DNA from: Octopus sinensis
Taxonomy: Eukaryota
Assembly (NCBI RefSeq): GCF_006345805.1
Contig: NC_043020.1
Location: forward strand, 1,054,001-1,118,000
Reading direction: 5' to 3'
DNA length: 64,000 nucleotides
Of this stretch, positions 1 to 10,152 are shown piece by piece. Each line of letters starts with the position of its first letter. The stretch's first letter is position 1. The translations under genes and the position numbers were made by a program. The notes beneath the pieces are model-generated. The model searched no databases. It was not told the origin of the DNA and worked only from the letters and a program-made list of their open reading frames with translations.

Positions 1-45
1 CATGGAAATTATTTTAAAAAGCTGCCAGTCAAACCGGAAAGATCC
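1..45. mobile_element. Right terminal arm of a GGATC-terminated foldback/MITE element running off the window start
   Basis: 1-45 is the near reverse complement of 215-259 and ends in the family terminus ...AAAGATCC. Confidence 0.6.
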
Positions 46-214
46 AAGGTTTTCTTTTCCATGCTGGTGGCATGGATCAAACAATTTCTCTATTGCAGAT
101 TTTCTGAGGCTTGATGTGAACCCCTACCAGTTTCTTAGAAAGCTAGTTTTTCCATGGCTAGACGTGTTGCGGAAGATTGCAGATTCGTATTCCCCGTAGC
201 CAAAAAGGGGGTCA

Positions 215-633
215 GGATCTTTTTGGTTTGACCGGCAGTTTTTTAAAATAATTTCCACGTAACTAAACACTTTTAAACTTCGTATACTGGTAGAATGTGT
301 TTATAAAAGATCTTTTTCTCTTGGCTTTATTGAGAAAATCCTATAGTTTGTAAGATATTTGTTGTTTTTTTCTTCAATTTCTGCAATTTCAACCAATCAA
401 TGACGTCTATTGAGATGAAAAAAAAACAACATTCTACGCCGTATGAATATGTCATTCGTTTAAGAAATAGATTGGGTTTATTTACATTTCTGAAGAAAAA
501 AAGATACCCTTCCCCCACCCCTAACTAACCCTAAAACAGATTGAAATGCAATAGATCGATACTAGGGTCATAATAATGGGTGACAATTTCATGACACCGC
601 TAGAAAAAACTGCCGTTCAAACCAGAAAGATCC
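215..633. mobile_element. GGATC-terminated MITE/foldback element (~420 bp)
   Basis: TIRs GGATCTTTTTGGTTTGACCGGCAGTTTTT and AAAAAACTGCCGTTCAAACCAGAAAGATCC; internal CCCCTAACTAACCCTAA; flanks gggggtca/gggggtgc (6/8 match); arm homologous to 10153-10440 and 2483-2675. Confidence 0.7.
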
Positions 634-1026
634 GGGGGTGCTTGTATCGGAAAAAAAAATCAAACTTAAAGGGTGGTTTTTATTGGAGAAGGGGGGCGGA
701 AGTCTTGCCTAATGATGCACCCAGGTGCGGTCAATTGCTGGAATTTAAGCTAAAATTTCGGACTGTTAGTATTTCATTTACAGGTGCTAGACGCTAAGGG
801 AAATAACTGCAAACAGAATGTTTGGAGTTTCCTCCCTTGGCCATGATGAAACTGACATCTTTTCGCGCGTGAATTCAATATTAAATTTAGTCATCTACAA
901 AATTACGAAAAAGCAACCCCAATGGGATTTGAACTCACGACATGAACACAGAATGTGGATTTATAAACGATAAACAGATAATTCAAATGAATGGCTAAAT
1001 ATCTTTTTAAAAATCTCATATGTATA

Positions 1027-1161
1027 GGCGCAAGTGTGGCTATGTGGTGACACCTTGGGCAAGTGTCTTCTACTATAGCCTCGGGCCGACCAAAGGCTTG
1101 TGAGTGGATTTGGTAGACGGAAACTGTAAGAAGCCCGTTTTGTGTGTGTGTGTGTGTGTGT
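1027..1161 (+). mobile_element. tRNA-derived SINE family A, internally deleted 5' half
   Basis: GGCGCA...GTGGCTATGTGG head joined directly to CACCTTGGGCAAGTGTCTTCTACTATAGCC; matches other family A copies; ends in (TG)n. Confidence 0.85.
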
Positions 1162-1267
1162 ATGGCGATCTTTCGTTACAAGAACACTACAAAGCACGTG
1201 TGTTTATTTACATTTGTGAAGGTGATCGTTGATTTCCGTAAATTAAAAAAAAATTTGGAGGGCGATC

Positions 1268-1382
1268 CTTCGGTATAGGTACGGTAAGTGGCTTGATAAC
1301 AGAAACTCTTTTCTTCCACCCCTAAATCCCCATATATATATATATATATATATAAAAAACACTTCCGGTACCTATACCGAAG
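1268..1382. repeat. Perfect 15-bp inverted repeat around a (TA)n-containing spacer
   Basis: CTTCGGTATAGGTAC (1268-1282) and GTACCTATACCGAAG (1368-1382). Confidence 0.85.
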
Positions 1383-1690
1383 TTACGCCAACTTTTTTAT
1401 ATATGGGGTCGAGGGTGGGGGGTAAATGGGATCTTTTGATGTTTGCGTGAATCGGAAGATTTGATGTATGTGGGTGTATGAGAGAGGGAGAGAGTATGTG
1501 TGTGTGTGTTTGATGGGGTGTCCGAGACACACACACACACACACACACACGGGACACCAACTTCTACATTAGACAAAAAAAATTAAAACATATATATATA
1601 TATATGGTGCCCCAGCTCGTGAGCTAAAACTAGATAAAATGAAAAAAAAATGATATATACATGTACTATTTAAGAAGAGTGGTCCCGGTG

Positions 1691-1832
1691 CGCGCATCTG
1701 CGCTTGCTAGTCGTGACTAGTCGATCTTATAACGACTACCTAGCAAAGTAAATAAAAAACAAAAACACAAAGTAAATTTTTTAAAACAAAGTTAAGGATC
1801 GACTAGTCACGACTAGCTAGCGCGGACGCGCG
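1691..1832. repeat. CpG-rich inverted repeat (mini-MITE-like hairpin)
   Basis: GCTAGTCGTGACTAGTCGATC (1706-1726) perfectly complements 1797-1817; pairing extends imperfectly to about 36 bp; A-rich spacer. Confidence 0.85.
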
Positions 1833-2482
1833 AGTTTGATGAAATAAGGCCTCCTACGAAAAAAAAAAAAAAAAGAATTTCGGGTCGTCATTAAACTCCA
1901 TTCCAGCCGTGACCACACGTCCTATTATTTCATTTGTCCTTTAAAAAATTAACACACCACCTGCCCCATAAATGTCGTTTTACGTTCTTCTAATAACTTT
2001 TTTTCACCAAATTCGGAATCTCGGCAGTCGAAAAAGTGGGTTTCCTTAGAGAAAAAAAAAAAAAAAAAAAAAGAAGGGGTTGGTGCTGTCCATGTTCTTT
2101 ACCTCAGCCAATTCCATTATGCAGAAGACAGAATCGAAAAATTTTCTAAAAATTCGCAAAAATAAAAAAAGTTATGAGGAAGTTTTAGCACGTGTTTCCA
2201 TCAATAACTCCTCCAAAGAGAATTCTTGACCAAAACAGAAGAATTCCAACGTGGAAGCGGCAGCCATTGCTGTAAGTCAACCAAAATTATGGCAAAAATT
2301 TTGGCTTAAACTTTCCTCAAAACTTTTTAGCATTTTTTTAGAAGGTAACACGTGGTCGGCAGATGAGCTAAAAATAACAGCTAAATCACTTTTTTTTTTC
2401 TTTTTTTTGCATAACCGTATGAATTCCTGTGTGTAGAATAAAAATTTGGAAAACTTTTCTGAAAATTTCTCAGAATAAAAAA

Positions 2483-2675
2483 GGGAATTTTTCGGTTTGA
2501 ACGGCAGTTTTTAACAATTTCTAGGTAACTGCCAAACATATTTTTCTCTTGGCTTTGAGAAAATTCTATAGTTAGTAAGATATTTGTTTTTTTTTTTCTT
2601 CAATTTCAACCAATGACGTCTATTGAGGTAAAAAAAACATTCTGTGCCGTATGAATATGTCCCTCGTTTAAGAGA
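2483..2675. mobile_element. Partial left arm of the GGATC foldback family
   Basis: Shares GGTTTGAACGGCAGTTTTT, TTTTTCTCTTGGCTTT, CAATTTCAACCAAT(CAAT)GACGTCTATTGAG and CCGTATGAATATGTC with 215-470. Confidence 0.7.
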
Positions 2676-3243
2676 GTTATGAGCTGTTTAAAATCAGAAC
2701 CCCCGTCAAATTTATATTTACGATAATTACGGTAAGGTATGTAATTTAAAGAATACTTGATTATTATTTCTAGAATAGCCGAGAGAATGAGTCGAAGTCC
2801 CATTACAGGAGCTGTGGTTACACATAGATATTATAAGTGGAATATTTACCATTTTTTGAGTTTTGAAATGTTTAAACGATTAACAAAAATGCCTACGAAT
2901 ATTTTAAGGCGAAAATAATAGATCTATACAACAAACTAGAATACTACGTACGTGTGTGAATGTATATTTCTACGAGTGTATATAGATATATGTGTATATG
3001 CACGCGTGTGTACAAATAGTTTAGGAGAAAAACTTTTACTGACCTTCCAACAAGTTGCTCGCATTTTGCCGCCAAAATAAACGACAAGTGCTATCTCGTT
3101 ATTGAAGAGCTCTAATTCAACCTCTCGCATGGGCAGATAATGCAGTATTGTTCAGCATACCACGGGTGGGTTGTATGTAAGTAATTTATTATCTTCCCTT
3201 ATATGTATATGCACGTATGTAAATATTTATGCATATATCAAAA

Positions 3244-3276
<33 letters not shown>

Positions 3277-3279
<3 letters not shown>

Positions 3280-3350
3280 TCATCATCATTTAACGTCCGT
3301 TTTCCATGCTAGCATGGGTTGGACGGTTTTGACTGAGGGCTGGCAACCAG
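3277..3350 (-). mobile_element. Retroposon 3' end (RTE-like) with (GAT)n tail
   Basis: Minus strand ...AACCGTCCAACCCATGCTAGCATGGAAAACGGACGTTAAA(TGA)n; near-identical to 3566-3625. Confidence 0.6.
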
Positions 3351-3370
3351 ATATATATATGCATACATAC

Positions 3371-3406
<36 letters not shown>

Positions 3407-3410
3407 AACG

Positions 3411-3444
<34 letters not shown>

Positions 3445-3565
3445 CATACATATGAACATATAAATACACACAAATATATATACAGACACATTTATATCTC
3501 CTATATTCATATACATATTATGCATGCATGTATGTATATTCATAGATGTGTATTTGTATATATAT

Positions 3566-3745
3566 ATCATTATCATCATCATCATTCAACGTCTACTGTC
3601 CATGCTGGCATGGGTTGGACGGTTTGAATAGGGCTGGTAAGCTGAGGGGCTGCAACAAACTTGAGTCTGATTTGGTATGGTTTCTACAGAGGGATGCCCT
3701 TCCTAATGACAACCACTCTGAGAGTGTAACAGGTGCTTTTATTAT
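3566..3745 (-). mobile_element. Retroposon 3' end (RTE-like), longer copy
   Basis: Same terminus as 3277-3350 plus the GGATGCCCTTCCTAA motif common in RTE-related 3' regions. Confidence 0.6.
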
Positions 3746-3957
3746 GCATGTATCTACAGATGTATATATATTACATAACTGTTTATATAATATATATTAC
3801 ACATGTGTGTGTATATATATATGCATATATGTCTATATTGTTTATTTTATTCAATTCTATAAAAACTGAAGCATACATTTGACAATTCCAGAGCACATTA
3901 AACTATTATGTGCTTGACTTTTGCACGCCCCCTATATGTATATATTATATATATATA

Positions 3958-3990
<33 letters not shown>

Positions 3991-4005
3991 ATTATATATA
4001 TATAT

Positions 4006-4102
4006 ATTTATTTTATAGAAGGAGCTTCTACAGACTAGAACTGTTTCATTCATTTGAATGAAACAGTTCTAGTCCTGTAGAAGCTCCTTCTATAAAATAA
4101 AT
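4006..4102. repeat. Near-perfect palindrome, ~47-bp arms, 2-nt loop
   Basis: TTTATTTTATAGAAGGAGCTTCTACAG-ACTAGAACTGTTTCATTCA tt TGAATGAAACAGTTCTAGTCCTGTAGAAGCTCCTTCTATAAAATAAA; a single 1-nt bulge. Confidence 0.95.
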
Positions 4103-4170
4103 TAATTTACTCTGCTATGTATCGAGTACCTTATTTACTGTGGTTAACCCCACTCACTCAACCCGGGACC

Positions 4171-4212
<42 letters not shown>

Positions 4213-4386
4213 GTGTGTGTGTGTGTGTGTGTCTATGTGTTATATATATATTGTATATATATATTTATGTGTGTGTATATATATATATACATATATATTA
4301 TATATATATATAATAAATATTAGGGAATAAATCCAAACTTACAGGGAAAAATCAGATTTAGGATTGAATCCATTTTATAGTAAAAT

Positions 4387-4677
4387 TATATTATATATTA
4401 AATTAGAGATAAAACCACTATTAGGCAAATCATACAATGAAAAACTTAAGCCAATACATAAAATTAATTAATTTATATTATTTAAATATATAACAAAATT
4501 ATTAAAAAAATATAATTAATATATTATAATATTATATATAATTAATTATATTTTTTTTAATAATTTTGTTATATATTTAAATAATATAAATTAAATATTC
4601 TTATGTATTGGCTTAAGTTTTTCATTGTATGATTTGCCTAATAGTGGTTTTATCTCTAATTTAATATAATATATATA
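4387..4677. repeat. Long AT-rich palindrome, ~140-bp arms
   Basis: TTAAATTAGAGATAAAACCACTATTAGGCAAATCATACAATGAAAAACTTAAGCCAATACATAA recurs as its reverse complement at about 4600-4665; centre near 4530. Confidence 0.9.
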
Positions 4678-4689
4678 TCTCTCTTTCTC

Positions 4690-4841
4690 TTTTCCCGTCT
4701 GTCTTGATAGACAATGGGTCGCGCCAAGGGTGGGGCCTACTTTGATGATGAGCAGCGTCTGCTGTGACTGAACAGTCCAATTCTAGAGTGGCAGTCCCTG
4801 GTACAGTTGCTGCACACGAACATCGATGGGTACGTGTGGGG
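4690..4841 (-). mobile_element. RTE/BovB-like LINE 3' end
   Basis: Minus strand translates FVCSNCTRDCHSRIGLFSHSRRCSSSK*, the C-terminal C2H-type motif typical of RTE ORFs, followed by a short 3' UTR. Confidence 0.8.
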
Positions 4842-4856
4842 TATATATATATATAA

Positions 4857-5129
4857 ATATTTCAAAATAGAAAATTACCCTTTAACAGGTAATTTTTACA
4901 TGCTAGAAATAGCAGCCAACATGGCCAAAAACCACAATTTAATAGTAAATTTCGAAGTAGATGAAAAATAAAAACCTTTACCTTGTTATTTAACGGTTAT
5001 ACCATGGTTTCGAATTTCTTTAGCAAATAATATTACTTGCCATCTTTTAATAGATAATTTAGCAAGACCATATTATCCACTAGCATGTAAAAATTACTAG
5101 TTAAAGGGTAATTTTCTATTTTGAAATAT
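4857..5129. mobile_element. MITE-like element with 50-bp TIRs
   Basis: 4857-4906 and 5080-5129 are reverse complements at 48/50 positions. Confidence 0.75.
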
Positions 5130-5220
5130 GAATATGATGTCTATTGACTTTTTATACATGCTGGGCCACTGGTGGTAATACTTATAACGAGTATTCGCCA
5201 CCCTATGTATATATATTATA

Positions 5221-5306
<86 letters not shown>

Positions 5307-5360
5307 GATCTATATATATAATAATATATAGATATATGAAATATATATATATATATATAT

Positions 5361-5404
<44 letters not shown>

Positions 5405-5716
5405 TATAATATATATATATCTGTCTATCTATATATATAAGCGAATAATAACAGATGATTTCTGACATTTATTCATCATCTGTTATCTGTTTGTTGCTTG
5501 TAATACACCAAAAGGGATCCATGATCCATTGGACATCCTAGAGTATACCAAACACCATGTGATCAATACATGTGCTTTGGACCAGCCCATAGCTGTTATA
5601 TACTCAAAAGGGCTAAATCCCCAAGAAGCTCAACCTTAATATTTAATGCAAATACTTCAGTATCCAATATATTGATTCAACTAAAGGTTGCTCTTACTGT
5701 TCTAAAAGACGGATTA

Positions 5717-6137
5717 TTTTTACTCTTTTACTCTTTTACTTGTTTCAGTCATTTGACTGCGGCCATGCTAGAGCACCGCCTTTTTAATCGAGCAACTCGA
5801 CCCCGGGACTTATTCTTTTGTAAGCCCAGTACTTATTCTTTCGGTCTCTTTTGCGGACCGCTAAGTAACAGGGACATAAACACACCAGCATCGGTTGTCA
5901 AGTAATGCTAGGGGGACAAATAGAGACACACAAACACACACACGCATATATATATATATATATATACATATATACGACGGGCTTCTTTCATTTTTCGTCA
6001 ACCAAATCCACTCACAAGGCATTGGTCGGCCCAAGGCTATAGTAGAAGACACTTGCCCATGGTGCCACGCAGTGGGACTGAACCCGGAACCATGTGGTTG
6101 GTAAACAAGCTACTTACCACACAGCCACTCCTGCACC
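5717..6137 (-). mobile_element. SINE family A, full length
   Basis: tRNA-like head with A box TGGCTGTGTGG and B box GGTTCAGTCCC; central (TA)n(TG)n; (GAGTAAAA)n tail. Confidence 0.92.
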
Positions 6138-6310
6138 TTTAGTGCTATTGTTTTTTATTTCACATTTAATCCCCGGCTCTCTCTCTGCAGAAGTGTTTCT
6201 AGTGAAGTAATGAGCTGAAGAGAGCTGCTTTTCTAAATTTTGGTTCTAGTTTCCCAGCATGCAATGTTGATTTCTCTGCTACCTCAGATAAAACTTTGTG
6301 CAAATTTTCT

Positions 6311-6980
6311 TCAACCCATTAGCATTTAAACTGATCATAACCAGCCCAAATATTCTACCTACCATAAATCCTCGAGTATAATCCGCATTTTCCCCCAAAA
6401 ATTTAAAGGTCAAAATCCCTAGTGCGTAATATATACGAGGTTGAAAATGAAAATTATTTTCTAAGCAATGTCCGAGTCTCTATTTGCTGTCTGGCAATGT
6501 TTATTCAGATGCATTTTGTGATGTCGGGCACGAAAATCCCTTAAGCTAAGCCTGAAAGCAATGAAGTCATAAAAGAATCATCCATAATTTGCAATAAGCA
6601 ACATTTATTAAACGTTATTACTGTTATTTCTTTATTTTCTGCAAACAAAATGCACAAAAAAGCTACACGTTTGCATTATGTTATATATACAATAATAATA
6701 AAGGACGTCACCGTATACATTTTTACAAACCAAGGATGTTATATATACATCCTTGACTCAATTTAGAGAAGGGGTGCTTATTATACACAAGGTTTAGGTC
6801 TTTCAGAGGTATAGCTTCCTAAAAATCCCCTGCGTATTATAATCAAGGGCGGACTATACTCGAGGATTTATGATATTTCATGTTCAAACCAGTCAGATCC
6901 TGTCTCTTATCCCTATCCTATGATGTCCTTCTAAAGGAATACAATCACATCATCAAACTTTTGAAGCAATGCACTGCTGT
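6311..6980 (+). mobile_element. TTAA/piggyBac-like MITE copy 1, interrupted by a Tc2-like MITE
   Basis: After removing 6362-6873 the sequence aligns with the reverse complement of 7890-8055. Confidence 0.5.
6362..6873. mobile_element. Tc2/pogo-like non-autonomous DNA transposon (~510 bp)
   Basis: TA|CCATAAATCCTCGAGTATAATCCGC ... GCGGACTATACTCGAGGATTTATGA|TA; TA duplication; subterminal repeats. Confidence 0.8.
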
Positions 6981-7037
6981 TCATTAACCATTCATTTAGC
7001 CTTCAGATTTCTCTGTCAAATGTAATTCTTATTTATA

Positions 7038-7875
7038 TTGGGTTGTCCGGAAAGTTCATGCCGATTTATAGTAGCTTACCTTTCGACATATTTTAGAACA
7101 TGGTTGAGTCCATAAAATAGGATTTGACTACACCTCCATTTAGAGCACAGTTTAAGCTATCTTTTCGTGGAAGAAGGTTTATGTTCCTATAAAATAATAA
7201 ATACACCTTTTTAAAGCCTAGCCAGGCTCATGGGCCTGGTTTCCCGGTTTCTATGGCATATGTGTTCCCCAGCTGGATGGGACGCCAGTCCATCACAGTG
7301 TTACTCATTTTTGCCAGCTGAGTGGACTGGAGCAACATGAAATGAAGTGTTTTGCTCAAGAACACAACATGTTGCCCGGTCCAGGAATTGAAACCACAAC
7401 CTTACAATCATGATCATCCTAACCACTAAGCCACATGCCTCCACTTATGTTCCTATAACCTGTGTTAATTCTGCAACCATTTTAAAATGGAAGATAAGAA
7501 AGTTCATTTTCTTTTCAGCACTTGATGCTTTGGGAACCAGACAAAAATTGCTGCAGCTCGGCTGGGATGTGTTACCCCACCCTCCATATTCATCAGATAT
7601 TGCTCCTTCAGATTTCCACTTATTCAGGTCTCTGCAGAATAGTCTTAATGGTAAAAATTGCAATTCCTTGGATGATGTAAAAAGATACCTTGACAAATTC
7701 TTTGCCATGAAACCACCTCAATTCTGGGAAGAGGGTATTTTCAAGTTAAAGGAAAGATGGAGATGCATTGTGCAACAAAATGGTTCACATTTGGTTGATT
7801 AAAAATGTAATGGCAAGTATTTATTGACATTTTCCTTTCCTTTAAAAATCGGCACGAACTTTCTGGACAACCCAA
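7038..7875 (+). mobile_element. Mariner family M1, internally deleted, with transposase C-terminus
   Basis: TA-flanked TIRs TTGGGTTGTCCGGAAAGTTCATGCCGATTT / AAATCGGCACGAACTTTCTGGACAACCCAA; encodes VLPHPPYSSDIAPSDFHLFRSLQNSL (mariner YSPDLAP motif); N-terminus missing. Confidence 0.95.
7193..7444 (-). mobile_element. tRNA-derived SINE family C (V-domain-like core) inserted in the mariner
   Basis: 14-bp TSD TTATGTTCCTATAA (7179-7192, 7445-7458); head GTGGAGGCATGTGGCTTAGTGG; core GATGGACTGGCGTCCCATCCAG resembles the V-SINE domain (from recall). Confidence 0.8.
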
Positions 7876-8357
7876 TACAAATTGTCTTGAATTAATCATG
7901 CCTTATATTGTCACTTCATGATTTTGATGAAGTGATTGTTTATTTTTAGATGGACATTGTAGCTTAGGTGCGAGAAGCCAGATCTGGTCAATTTGAATAT
8001 AAAACCCGAAGAATATTTGGACCAGAATTGGCCATTTTAAACATTGAAGGGTTAAACAGAGTCCTTGCACACCCCTCTTTCAACCACACATCTTTTGTGT
8101 TTTCTCTCAAGGGAATAGGGCCCCAGTGCTTTCAGCCCCTCCCAAAAGCTTATCTGTTGTACTGAGTCAATTTTCTTTGTGCTGTGTTCAGCTATTAGTT
8201 TAATGCTTCATGGCAACCACAAATAGGGGCAGTAATCCAGTGACTGAGGACAACTGTTTTCTATAGGATTAGCAGGGTATCCTTTTTATTTGTTCTGAAT
8301 AACCTCAGAATCCAACAAGCAGCTCCCTTGCACAGTGTTAGCAATCTTAGTAATATA

Positions 8358-8479
8358 CAAGGGTGTGCTGAAAAAGTTCCTGGTTTTGACAGCATCACGA
8401 AAGGCCTCATTGGAGGCCCAACCTTCCAAGTTCTTTTACAGGGCTTAGAAAAACTGAAGGACCACTGCAATAAGCGTGC

Positions 8480-8482
<3 letters not shown>
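8358..8482 (+). mobile_element. Mariner-derived MITE fragment (third family)
   Basis: TA|CAAGGGTGTGCTGAAAAAGTTCCTGG left end; LQGLEKLKDHCNK resembles a mariner C-terminus; truncated by (TG)n(TA)n. Confidence 0.5.
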
Positions 8483-8518
<36 letters not shown>

Positions 8519-8522
<4 letters not shown>

Positions 8523-8893
8523 CGCATATTTGCCATTTGAATATGGCTAACCCCTAAGGGTAGATGCCACTGTAGTTTGTAGCCCCAGGAAGATATCTCC
8601 TCCAGCTGGCTATAGACACACTATCTGTGTCCTCTCAGTATTTGTGAAGGGAAGTCATCCTCCCCGTCTTCAACTCATGATACACACGGACCCGAGTTTC
8701 AAGGTGTTTACCTTTCATCAGCGTGTGACAATCATGGTTGTCGACAAGAAGTCAGCTCCCTTCACAAATACATATACTTTTTCCAGTATCGATTGACACT
8801 GATATTGAAAAAGTGAAATCAAACAATAATAAATCTCAGAGCGAGTTATAAACAGTAGCGGTAACACATCGTGACGCATATTTGCCATTTGAA
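8519..8893. repeat. Segment bounded by a perfect 23-bp direct repeat
   Basis: GTGACGCATATTTGCCATTTGAA at 8519-8541 and 8871-8893. Confidence 0.8.
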
Positions 8894-8920
8894 CTCAGAA
8901 CGTAACGGCAGACGAAATGC

Positions 8921-9153
8921 CTATTTCTTTACTACCCACAAGGGGCTAAACACAGAGAGGACAAACAAGGACAGACAAACAGATTAAGTCGATTATATTG
9001 ACCCCAGTGCGTAACTGGTACTTATTTAATCGACCCCGAAAGGATAAAAGGTGAAGTCGACCTTGTCGGAATTTGAACTCAGAATGTAGCGGCAGACGAA
9101 ATACCGCTAAGCATTTCGCCCGGAGTGCTACCATTTCTGCCAGCTCACCGCCT
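8921..9153 (-). mobile_element. SINE family B, full length
   Basis: Head GGCGGTGAGCTGGCAGAA, B-box-like GAGTTCAAATTCC; colinear with 42041-42271. Confidence 0.9.
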
Positions 9154-9169
9154 TAGGGGCAGATACCAG

Positions 9170-10145
9170 CAGTTCGCTTAGGACCATACATAGTTGGTTC
9201 AACAATGTTGTGGTCTGAGAGTGCTATGGTGCCACCCTCATATTATGGATAATGTCTACATTATTGGTGAAGCAGTGATCCAAGATGTTTCCCCTGGTTG
9301 GCATGAGTATCATATGTTCCATGACCAGCATATTAGAGAGTTCTAGTAATGACACCATGGTTTCTTCCTCTTCTGCACAAAATATAGCATACCCTGGTAT
9401 GTGTACTTCTGCATCTGTTACATTAGGGGTTAGATGCATTTCAGTGAGTGCCATGCATATTGCTTGATTGCATGCAGCAAGCTCTTTTAGACAGAAAAAG
9501 TTTACCTCTATTGCTGAGTTTTAGCAGGCCTCTGATGCTCAACAGGAATATGGGTGCGATATCTGGGTAGGTTTTAGTGGTGGCCATCCTGGGTCTGTCA
9601 CCTGAGGTGATCTTGTGCATTGAAATGCATGGTTTTGATTTTCCATCCATGTCGCAGCTGCAATATCTTCTCTGCCATATTCAAAAAAGACTTGTTTGAA
9701 AGCTACAATTTGCACAGCCTCTGCATATTACCTTTTGAGGGTTGCAGAGTGCATGCCACTGATCGCTTTTCCGATTCTTTTGAGACCTGCTTCTTCTTGT
9801 TGGTGCACTTTTTTTGTTTTCATCTACAAAGCAATTGCCCCAGCTCCCCTTCAGGGTTGGCGAAAGCGATGTGGTGGACAACGAAAAACCTGGCTGATGA
9901 CAGTCAAGGCTGATCTGGAACCCAACCTACGAAGCAATTGCCCCAGCTCCCCTTCAGGGTTGGCGAAAGCGATGTGGTGGGAAACATAAAACCTGGCTGA
10001 TGACAGTCAATGCTGATCTGGAACCCAACCTAGGCTCCCATGTCTATGGCATTCGCCACTGGAATAAGGAGTATTTGGAGATCATGTGGTCGTTGGCCTC
10101 AAATCGCCAGGTCCGGTCGGCATTTTTGAGAGATGCAGCATCTCT
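9170..10145 (-). mobile_element. CR1-like LINE 5' part (ORF1 remnant and APE endonuclease), degraded
   Basis: Minus strand LLSIRGLLK, MALTEMHLTPNVTDAEVHIPGYAIF and PTRGNILDHCFTNN are APE endonuclease motifs; a Cys-rich ORF1-like segment lies upstream; frameshifted. Confidence 0.8.
9829..10032. repeat. Tandem duplication, 2 x ~101 bp, period 103
   Basis: AAGCAATTGCCCCAGCTCCCCTTCAGGG...GGAACCCAACCTA at 9829-9929 and 9932-10032. Confidence 0.92.
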
Positions 10146-10152
10146 CTGCAAA

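Larger units (their letters stand above)
6984..8055 (-). mobile_element. TTAA/piggyBac-like MITE copy 2, split by a mariner insertion
   Basis: TTAA at both ends (6984-6987, 8052-8055) with short imperfect TIR CCATTCATT/CCCTTCAAT; about 230 bp after removing the mariner. Confidence 0.55.

Noticed and set aside
98-199. Peptide DFLRLDVNPYQFLRKLVFPWLDVLRKIA after a TTGCAG acceptor
   Set aside because: Only faint resemblance to a Tc1-type transposase segment; too short, and no donor site.
7410-7802. Possible domesticated transposase gene (SETMAR-like) at mariner ORFs 7410-7802, 38777-39073 and 51023-51316
   Set aside because: Each is only a C-terminal fragment inside TA-flanked TIRs, multi-copy, with no SET domain.
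9829-10032. CRISPR-like array
   Set aside because: Only two adjacent units with no spacers, inside a LINE in eukaryotic DNA; no cas genes.
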